Assembly: GCF_000002075.1 (NCBI RefSeq)
Contig: NW_004797434.1
Coordinates: 435,529-497,286, forward strand
Source of the DNA: Aplysia californica
Taxonomy: Eukaryota
Reading direction: 5' to 3'
Length of the DNA: 61,758 nt
The position numbers were made by a program, and so were the translations under genes. This document shows, one piece after another, positions 1 through 10,800 of this stretch (position 1 is the first letter of the stretch; each line of letters opens with the position of its first letter). Under the pieces are notes generated by a model, which was not told where the DNA came from, searched no databases, and saw only the letters and a list, made by a program, of their open reading frames with translations.

Positions 1-251
1 TATATATATATTGCTTGTGTATATGAATGTGTGTTTGTTTGTGTGTTTATATAACATGTATGTATAAAATACATGTATATAGGCCTACTATTTATTTAAT
101 GTAGATGTTTTTATGCCCCCAATCGACACATTTTAGAATTTAGATAATTTAGAAAGCGGTCGGGCTGATAGAGATACAACATCCCAGCAGAAAGACAGAG
201 ATACTCGATATATAATATTCATGAATATATTTTTTTAATTTTCTCCTCATT

Positions 252-320
252 CGGGAACCGAATTCGAGTCTCCTGCGTGCGACAGTTAAGCTAAGCGCTT
301 TTAATTGCTACACCACAGAC
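252..320 (-). mobile_element. tRNA-derived SINE head fragment (Asp-like, GTC at the anticodon position)
   Basis: The reverse complement reads TGTGGTGTAG...CTGTCGCACGCAGGAGACTCGAATTCGGTTCCC. A related copy lies on + at 60690-60748. It is degenerate and is not an intact tRNA. Confidence 0.5.
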
Positions 321-1817
321 GACTGGTATAAATTTGTGGAACTGAAAACAATACAAAAAAAAAAGAAATATTTATTGAAAGCCGCAAATCACACAAGAGC
401 ACCTGCCACCTTCCTGTGTTGCTCGTGAGAAAGAAAGGAATATCAGTTTTAACTCTTTTAGGACGGAGCAGACACGTTGTGTCCGACTAGCGAAAGACCA
501 AAGGCAATGTTGTGCTCATTTTGAACCATCATACACAAATCAGGGGCATGGATTTGCAATGTTCATAGTACACATGTTTTTTGTCTGAACTGCCTTATTA
601 ACGGGATAAAACAGAATTAACACATCTTCATCAATATAGCGAAGCTATGCCTCTTTTATATAGTACTCCAAAAATAGCGAGCCTTAAATGAGTTAAGAGA
701 ATACTATTAAAAAGACGCATGGCCATTCAGCTCATCAAATAGAAACAAACTGAAATTGAAGACACGCAGAAAGAGTGCATCGAGGAGTATATGCCCACAA
801 ATGAGAGAAATGAAACATGAAAATTAATCAAGCTAACCTGCTTGCAGTTGGATGAGATATGAGGTGAGACTTCAAATAGACCTGAAAAAAGATGTATGAA
901 CAAAGCATTGCTAGTACTTGGGAGTTTATAAAGATAGACCGTCCACTTTTCCTTATCAGTTCTTTACTTAACCTCGTCCGGTTCGTCAGTTTTTTTGTTG
1001 ATTATATTATTATGTTTTCTGTGTTTTTATACACTTAGCGTTTTGTAATAAATTGTTAAACATGTAAACATGTCAATGCATCCAGTCTAACAAAGCGAAA
1101 ATAAAAATGAACAACTGTCTTTTCCTTTCAAGCCTTCGGAGATACAAACAGAACTTCTTATCTATAGGCCTACACCAGGCTGCATAATAACTTGGAAGAA
1201 CCCTGGAGATAGAACTAAAAACCAAAGAGACTTTTCATTCAGAATCTTTTCAAAAATGTTAAATTATGATGATCTGGGTGTCATTGCAAGGAGTGTGTTG
1301 TGTAAGTGATCATGTAGGCTACCAGTCGGGAGTAAAATGCAGATGAGATTTTTTTTTAAGGCAAGTCAAAGCACAGTACCAACATAAAACTGAAATAAAT
1401 CTTTTAAAGACAAATCAAGAATTCACAGAACGTTTTACTGTTGGTTAAAGCAAAAGATATCAAGCTCTGGAAAATATTACCAAATCTGAGGAAATGCAAA
1501 AGGCAAAGGGGGGGGGGGGATTAAAGGATTTGTGATTAGTTGTGGAAGAAAATATCCCCCCAAATGCGAAATACGTTCTGTGCGACAGAGCAGGCCCAGC
1601 AGTCCGTATTCCTAGAAAACACGTAGCAGCTTAGCTAAGGGAACAAGGGCTGCTTGTAGGCAAATAGACTTAGATCTAGTAACTCTAGCTCTGGCTAATA
1701 AATTTATTCTGCTACTTGTTTCGATGATTGGCAACCTCAAGGTAGGAAATTTAGCAACAGTTGTATTTTTTAACCTTCACCGTAAAAGAAACTAAACACC
1801 GTTCGGATTTCGTCTTG

Positions 1818-1852
1818 GTCACGTGACGTTCACAAAATCAACTTCCTTTTCC
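1818..1852 (+). promoter_or_regulatory. RPL18A core promoter: palindromic E-box GTCACGTGAC and TCT/5'TOP pyrimidine initiator
   Basis: GTCACGTGAC at 1818-1827 and CTTCCTTTTCC at 1842-1852, 18 nt before the ATG. This layout is typical of ribosomal protein genes. Confidence 0.75.
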
Positions 1853-1869
1853 GCTTCCGAACCCTCATC

Positions 1870-4800
1870 ATGAAGGCTAAAGGCGAGGTACGCTATGAAC
1901 AATTACGCTTTTTAAAATATAATTATGGACAATATTGACTTAGATTGGACTGGTGATGCTTATTTGAAGTCTTTTAAATCTTAGAATAGAACTTTTTATG
2001 TCAAAACTCTCCCAGTTATTTCAGTGTTGTTTCTTTTCGAAATGCCCACTGAGCCCACGTTGTGCTCGCCACCACATGTCGCAGGCATTGCTTATTTCCC
2101 TTCTGGGCAATCTAACGAATAACTGGCATGAAAATCTACAAAACTATTCGGCCAGTATCCTATTTCAGGGGAACGTAGGTTATTTCTCTTACATTTATTA
2201 GATATATCTAGATTGTCATTATTATTTGTAGGCGTTTTCTGTTAGGCTACTTGGCCTACCTTAGGCCTTTGGCCTATATTTTTCCTTTTTTTTGTTTGAG
2301 TTTGGCAGCAGAATGCAGCACTCAAAATGTTAGCAGAAAGGCAAAGGCAGGCCTAGATCTTAGACCTTTTGCTTTGCACTAGTCTACACTTACAAATTTG
2401 GCTACAATTAACTCTGAAGAAGTCAATGTTTCTAGCCTTGTCCCTTTTTCTTCTTGGTTAAATGGATGGTCCACTGATCAGTTTGTCCCTTTTTGTCCTG
2501 CCCTCTGACCCAACACTAACATTTAGATCAAGATTGGCTACATCCTCAAAAATGTCACATTCCACAGTTGGGTTGGTCATATGAGCTGGATTATCTAGAT
2601 CTAGATCTAGAGTAGGCCCGCATCACCGCGCTACTGTTTGGGTGCGCAACCCCCAGTCTCCTGCTTTGTTTTGGATAAGAACAGCGAAAACGAGGTTACT
2701 TTCTGTGAGCATGCGCAGAATGCAGCTTATTTCACTTTCGTTTTGGAGGTTCCTGTCAACACACGTGATTCTACGGTGTCGGAAAGTTTTGCCCCTTCAT
2801 ATTAATGGTTTTCGTAACCGGTATCGGTGAATTTACTAAGCGCTTGAGTAGTCGATTATTTAGCACATCTAGCTAATCTAGCTCTAATGTATCGTAGAAT
2901 GTATACTAGAATCGATAAATACTATCGCAGGCTGCTTCTTAATGCCCAGGAACATGCCAGATAGGGTTGCGCACTGAAGCAGACCAAATTTGTGCAGTCC
3001 GTTTCGGTGCACAATATCGGCTTTTTGCTGTTTGGCATTGATAGTGTGGCTTCTTACTTCTAGGCCCTTTGATTGTTTTACTTATTAAGTTATTTCTTTA
3101 TGACCTGCATTGTGCACTGAAACAGACTGTTTTCCTTCCGTTTGGATGCATTATATTATCATTGGAAGATGATCAGTTAATGTATTCATGTCAAAATTAA
3201 TTAATATGGAAATTTAATCTCCAAAATGTTCAATTTCTTCTTTTCATGTCTTTTTCTTCTTCTTTTTTGTCCTTTTCCTTTAAGAATACTAGTCTAGGTA
3301 TAGTCTAATTCTTGTTTTCTTTTTTAACCTCCTTGTGTCCACAGCACCTTTCTATTTCAATTTCTTCTTTTTTTGGGTCCTTTTCCTTCAAAAATACTAG
3401 TCTAGTCCTAGTCTAATTCTTGTTTTCTTCTTTCCCCTTCTTGTGTCCACAGCACCTTTCTTTTTATCCATTATCAAAACACATACACACAGTGTAAGGA
3501 AATCTCCTGTAAGGGGGCGCACAGCTCCCAAAAAGAACACGCCTCATTGACCTTTGCCTTCCGTTATGGTCAGTACAGGAACTTCTTGCAAGGAAAAGAA
3601 GACAAGGCCAGGATAGAGAAAGATGAAAAGTGTCAGAAAAGATCTAGATCTAGAGCTGTAAACATGGTACTATTGCGCACCCAACCAGACATGTTGCACC
3701 AAACCAGAAACCTTGCGCACCAAACCAGACACACGTTACCAAACACCACCACAACATATAGAAATTTTAAACTGCTGTTACAGTAATGCGCTACACCGTA
3801 TAGAGAGGAAGTTTTTCTAACTTCTGGTGAAAAAATCATGAAGATCGACCTGTAACTTCCAGAGATATCCACAAAAGATCGCTTACTGTATATCGCACCA
3901 CAGGATGTACTCTAGATTCAATAGCTGCCACTTTCCCGCTAAATAGCGGAAATTCCGTTTCATCTAGCTTTTCCCGCAACTTCCTCCGCTGGACCGCTCT
4001 TGGTCACAAATTTCATACTTTTTTCCCGGGCGGAAAACACAGAACCGGGAGAGAGATGAAAACGCTGCTTGCGCATGTCCGCCTGTAGCTTTCTACTTCC
4101 GTTCTTCTAGGCCCATCGCTAGTTTCAAATTGTTTATTGTTGTGGAGCAACACACTACAATAGTGTCGATCGGGCATCGGTGCGTTAGCGCGCCGAGTTG
4201 TCATTGAAATTGGCAGAAATTCGAGAGAAATTGATTCAAAATGCAAAATAAAAGGAGCTGGAATGAGAAAGAAGCAGCCGGTGTGCGACTTGAAAAGTTC
4301 ATTAGAAAATTGAACTAGATCTAGATCTAGGCCTAGCCGTTTTTTGCTAAAGAAATCGCGGCCCGCGGCACTCCTGTACAATTGCGGTCCCGTTTGTTTA
4401 CATAACTGCTATTGTGGCTGCTGTGGAAGTGAATCTAGATCTAAAAGATGTATCTCTAGATATAATCTAGATCTACACATATTTAGATATATCTAGATTA
4501 TGATTAGATAGCCTAGGCTATAATTTTAATTCAGTTTAAATCTCTAAATAAGAAACACACTACAAGGGCACTAAGTGCAAACGGGACCGCAATTGTACAG
4601 GACTGCCTGCATCCTTGATCCGATACTGCTCTACGTCTAAGTACAAGTTTAAAGTGAAAGAAATCTTTTTATGAGACACCAGCTGGCAAAAAACACTGGA
4701 TTTTTAGTCACCAAGTCCAAACTGTGTCAAATTGACTCAAATGCTTGTTAGTCAACTTACTGCCTTTATGGTTTTTTGTTGGGGTTTTTTTTTCAAATAC

Positions 4801-7800
4801 ATTTTAATTCAGTTGCCTATGGTTAACAATATGACAAGTTTTCCCTTCCAAAACCGCAGGCTAGATTTTTCAGTATATTTGCCTCTCACTGGTTTCGGAG
4901 AGCGCGCGTGCGCCATCGTGTGATTTTCCTCCTTTTAAAAAATTTCTGAGTGGCAGCTATGAGATTCTAGATCTAGGGCTTGGGTAATGTGTCATTTTAG
5001 GCAGGAATGTGTTGATTTGGTAAAGGACTTCTGTCTAAGACGTTGATTTTTGATGGCTCCATAGTGTTTCAGCAGTCAGTCGTCTTGAGAAAAAAAAACC
5101 TACTGTTGGTGTCCTTGTGGTCAAAAGGGGAAGTGCAAGATCTAGATTCTAGATCTATTTTTGGTTGGTCGTATGCATCAACACCAAGTTCTTCTAATAT
5201 AAATTGGCTTGTTTTAATAACTCAAGAGGGTTGAATTAAAAAAAAAATTTTACATTGATTTTCTTGACTCTTTTTCAGTTGCAAGAGTACAAGGTGATCG
5301 GCAGGGGTCTCCCCTCCGAGAAAAACAGAACGCCTGCTCTGTACCAGATGAGGATATTTGCCCCTGACAAGGCTGTCGCAAAGAGTCGTTTCTGGTACTT
5401 CTTGAGTCAGCTGAGAAAGCTGAAAAAGGCAACTGGTGAAATTGTCAGTGTCAACAGAGTAAGTTGCTTTGGAAGGACTTTCATGACGAGCGACCACCAC
5501 AACAAACACAATAAAGAAGAGACCTAAACCCAACCTCTACCCCTCTGTTCTACTGTTCGTAGTGGTCACTCGTTACGGAAGTCCTCTGTGCTGGAATACC
5601 AATGTACAATGTATGTGGTATTATTACAAAGGCGATTTACACATAAACATTTCTGTTGAGTATGTTTGTATTTCATGGATAATGGTGACAGCAAGTTAAA
5701 TAAAACTCCTCAAACTAGCCAGTTTCATTGTTTTTCAGTTATTATCCCCCTGTATTGTGTAATTGCTCTTACATAAAACACAAAAGAACCATGCAACCCA
5801 TCTATTGTGATAGCTTATTCAATTACCTTTCCAGTAATATCAAATAATTTAGAATATGTACCTTGATTGAAAAAATATGGCGAGAGAATCAATTTGAATA
5901 AGGTACCCTATTGTAGAAGGTGCTCCTGAGAAAATTTATTCCGTTTTGTGAGGGTCATTGGAAAAAAATTCCGGGCGCAAAGAGTTAATTCAATATTTTT
6001 ATTTTGTGTGCATCTGGAAAGCTGGTCAATGATATGGAAATAATTTTCCTATTTGTATCAAGGGGGTTGTGTTTTTATTTATTTCTTTTTTTTTTTAATT
6101 ATCTCTCCAACTAGATTTACGAGAAGAGGCCTCTGAAGATCAAGAACTTCGGTATCTGGCTTCGTTACAACTCCCGCAGTGGCACCCACAACATGTACAG
6201 GGAATACAGAGACTTGACCGCTGGCAAGGCTGTCACACAGTGCTGTAAGTTTACTTTCTCAAATTATATTTTGAGCTCAGCTGTTTTTGTTGTGAGTGGG
6301 CTTCTTTTTGCCTGTTTTCATTATTGTATCGGCTACTATCAGTACCTGTAGTGTAACACTTAACTGTTATTCTGCGTGCGCCCTGTCCTTACCTGCTCTG
6401 TTGGGAACTTGTTTTTTAGCAGTCAGCTGAAGTGGGGGGGGGGTAAAGAAAACCTGCCTGTGGTACCCTTCAACGTACTGCTGCAGTCATATTACTATAT
6501 TATTGTCTTATGTTTATGTCATTGTAATATATGCACATATCTGAAACAGGCAGTGATTTTTTTGCTTTCTGTTTTCAAAATGTGCTACAGTAATGTTCGT
6601 TCAGTCGCCTTCTATCTCAGACTTGTTGAGCGTGAAGTGAATCCTGGACGTTACAGACATAATTTCATTACTTCATTCTGGTTTCTAGATGACTAACATA
6701 AGTAAGACAGCCATACTCATATTCTCACAGCTGTTAACACCTCTATTGTTATTTTATAAAACCGCCTTCTTCATGTGATTACTATTGTCGGGTCCAGTGC
6801 TGCTCTTTGTCTTTTCTTAAGTCTAAGTGGTCCAGTAATCAAATACTGAGACTGAATGGTCTTTGCATGTCCCTGTCCTAGCGGGGTATTGCAATGACTT
6901 CGTCATTCTTATCCCTCGTGTTAACTTTATAGTTTGTGTTGGTCGTATTTTCTCTATGGTTGGTTGTTGGGACTCTCAATTGTGATCGGCTCCTTTTGCT
7001 TGTATTCTGCGTATTTGTTGTCTTGGTTCTTTGCTTCCTGACTGAACGTGAATGTCCTATTTTGTTTTAAGTAATCTGCACTCTCGTAGTCTGATGTTTG
7101 AGGGTTGTGTTCAAAGCAGCATCTCATTGAAGGTTGGGGGATTTTTTAAAAAATCTTTTAAATTTCATTCAATAGGATGTGAATTAGTATTTGTTCAAAA
7201 TATGGTATTCTCCCACCTATAGGGACAGTTTTTAACAACAATCATGTATTATATATACCTATGGATCTGTTCATTCTTTCTCTTATCCACAATCTTGCTG
7301 CTTCGTGTGGAATAGTTTTTTAACTTATTTCAACGTTATTAGTCTTTTGTAGAGACTTTAAAAAATGGGTTGGGGGTAAGTTTGAAATGTGCACATATCT
7401 GAAACAGGTAAAGTCATTTTTACTGTGCCTGTTTTCAAAATGTGCAACAGTAATGCACGACCAGTCGCCTTCTATCTCAGACTTGTTGAGCATGAAGTGA
7501 ATCCTGGTTGTTACACTAAATCCCATCCCATGTAACTTATAGAGCAAAAAAATGAGCATGGAAAAATACTGTCAAATTTCTTTTGCCTGTGCCTGGCTGA
7601 GGTTCAATGTGATAAAATAATGCAGTGTTGCGTTTTGGGTGATATGTTGTTTCACAGTTGCCAGTTCTTTTTTTTTCTTTTTTTTTTTATTAAATGAATT
7701 GAGCCCCTTGTAATCTGTATGAGCTTTTCTTCGAGGTTCTAAATCTAATAATACTGAGTAATTTAATCTGTGGTTCATGGGAGATGGCAGTCAAGTTGAT

Positions 7801-10800
7801 GTGGGCCGACTCCCTTTTTCTTCTGTGGATGTTTCAATGTTTGGCGGGTGCTCTTGTGTCGTTTGTTCCTTCTTTCCCATTAAACATTTTATCTTTATCT
7901 ATCCTCCTTTTCTCTGTCAGTGGTACAGATTATATGGATAAATCTAGAAATCTTTAAATTGTCCGTGGGTGGTTGGCGGGTGCTCTGGTGTGGTTTGCTC
8001 CTTTTTTCCTATCAAACATCTATCGTCTTTATCTCCCCTCCTTTTTTGTGTTTGTTACTTTCTTGTAACACCTCGTCTCTAATCTTTAGCACTTTTATGA
8101 CCTTATTGTGTTGCAAGGGCAGTAAAACTCATACGAAAACAACAAAAACGAAATTATCCAGATTTTGCAATGTTCATGAAGTGTTGCAAGTGCTGTAAAA
8201 CTTTAAAAAAGATGCATTTAACCCTTCTTTTTTTTTTTGTATGAGAGTGATGTCAAAATGCACAGAACTGAAGCAGTGATGAACTGTAGTGTTTGATCTG
8301 TTCAATATCTGTGCTATATTATTTATGCAGCCAGTCGCCTTCTCTCTCATTATATTTGAGTCTGAAGTGAATCTGGGTGCTACAATCAAATACAGCTAGT
8401 TGTATACCATAAGAGATTACCATAATATTGATGTAGGTATGCTTTACTCTTTTCTTCTGTGGATGGTTAGCAGATTCTCTGGCGTTGTTTGCTGCTCCTT
8501 TTCCATCCAACTTTGATTTTTATCTATCCTTCTTTTCTGTCTGTGGTGTGGATTATCTGGATAAACCTGGAAATCTATGGTTCTGAAACTGTCCAAATTT
8601 TGTAATATACATGAAGTATTTATATTATATTTAAGGCTCTTTTTGTATTTATATTGCTCCATGTATAAAAATAAGTAGCGATACAAGATGTATTAGACAA
8701 TATGATCTGCTTTTTTATGGCCTATTTGTGTTGCAAGTGCCAAAAATATTCTTACTCAAACTAAAAGGAACCACCTCAGTTTGGAACACCCCCCTCCCAT
8801 ATATATGTCTTTTGCACCTGCCATAGCTTCAGAGGTTTGTGTACTTCTTGCAGTCTTTGGTCCATGGGTAGACCTAAAGCACTTTGGTCCATGGGTAGAC
8901 CTAAAGCACTTTGTCCATGGGTAGACCTAAAGCACTTTGTCCATGGGTAGACCTAAAGCACTTTGTCCATGGGTAGACCTAAAGCACTTTGGTCCATGGG
9001 TAGACCTAAAGCACTTTGTCCATGGGTAGACCTAAAGCTCTTTGTCCATGGGTAGACCTAAAGCACTTTGTCCATGGGTAGACCTAAAGCTCTTTGTCCA
9101 TGGGTAGACCTAAAGCTCTTTGTCCATGGGTAGACCTAAAGCTCTTTGTCCATGGGTAGAACTAAAGCACGACATGAAACATCTTGAATTTATCCCTTAT
9201 CAAAGACATGTTTAAACATGATTTGTTTTTTGTTTGAGAGTGATGTGAAAATGCACAGAACTGAAGCAGTGATGAACTGTAGTGTCCGATCTGTTCAATA
9301 TCTGTGCTACATTATTTATGCAGCCAGTCGCCTTCTCTCTCATTATATTTGAGTCTGAAGTGAATCTGGGTGCTACAATATAATACAGCGAGTTGTATAC
9401 CATTCTTACGCTGTCTCGTGGTGCTCTTGCTTTTGTCTTTAGATTTCAGAAGGTTCTTGTTGCTTTTTTTCACTGTTGCTGTGAATTCAAAATCTAGGGG
9501 TGGAAGAAGACGTGGTGGTGTTCTATTGAATAACATCTCATGGAAAGTAGGCTTAACATAATATATCATGTTATGATTTTGTTTTTGTTTACGTCCCGAG
9601 TTCACTGCAGTTTTCTTTTCATCAGGTCTGCATGAATGTTTTCCCCCGGCTTGCTGTTAAACACTTCTTTTTGTTGTGATTTTTCCAGACCGTGACATGG
9701 GAGCTCGTCACAGGGCCCGTGCTCACTCAATCCACATTATCAAGGTGGAGGAGATTGCTGCCAACAAGTGCAGGAGACCCAGCACTTTGCAGTTTCATGT
9801 AAGTCTGTAGTGCTGTATCCCAGCAGGGCTGAGAATTGTCCGCCTAAAGGCGGAATTCCGCTCATCCAAACGCCTCTTCCGCCTTTTTTCCAAGTTTCGT
9901 ATTTTAATTTGTAGTAAGGATTTTCTTTAAAGAATTGAATAAAAGACGATAATAATTTTTACAAGTTTTTTTAACTGCTCGCTGGGCGAAACCGAGGTGC
10001 GTGTGGATCCATGTTCGGCCGATATTGTTCAATCGATTACTTTTTATTCTTCTTTACTGGTAGAATCACCTTCAGCTGTGGCAATCGAGTACTGGTAGTT
10101 AGGTGGCGACTTTGGCCCGCGCATATCACAACCTTGTTCATCATTGAAAATAAAATTTTGCTCCACAAAATCATTAACCCTAACTCTGGCAAGTGGTTTT
10201 AACAGGAATGGCAGGGCCAATCAGCCAAAACGTGCACATGCTTTACAAATCCAATTTATGGACTTGCATCAAATAAAAACCCGACAAAAGTATATATTTT
10301 CTGAAAGATAATTGAATGAACTTTTATATTTTGCCATTGAACATATGATTTTATTTAATTTTCAAGGGGTTATGTATTTTTGAAGTCCAGGATGGCTGAC
10401 AAAAAATATACATGCTCATTAGCATATTCACCATTCTAATGCATTTCCTGTTATAAAAAATGTGAGATAGCAGAAATATGAGTTTTTCAATTACCTTTCA
10501 GAAAATGTATAGTTTTATAGGATTGAGAAGAACAGGCAATGAGTTATGACTGTTTCAATTTGTCATGTGGTCTGTTTCGAGCGCAGCTGATACTCGCTAA
10601 TTTCATACCATACTCAACATAAAAACACTCTAAGTACAACCATGTGGCTTTCAGCAATCTGCTGGTAGTCTGTAATAATTAGTATAGCAAAAGGAACCTA
10701 CTTTACTCTATAGCTCTCCTTTTTCTGCCCCTATTCGACTCCCAAAGTAGTAGAATCTAGTGTTCCATTTGAAAGAGAAGTTGGGGCAGGATGAGAACTG

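Noticed and set aside
540-1260. A-rich stretch with faint LINE ORF2 C-terminal-like peptides
   Set aside because: Too degenerate to assign without a profile search.
2966-3152. Two similar hairpins (GCACTGAA.CAGAC...CCGTTT) in RPL18A intron 1, one followed by ACA
   Set aside because: There is no H box between hairpins. The motif TTGCGCACCNAANCAG recurs in both orientations (2635, 3673-3730), which fits transposon subterminal repeats better than a snoRNA.
8855-9170. Palindromic 26-27-bp repeat array resembling a CRISPR
   Set aside because: No spacers, no cas genes, and it lies in a eukaryotic intron.
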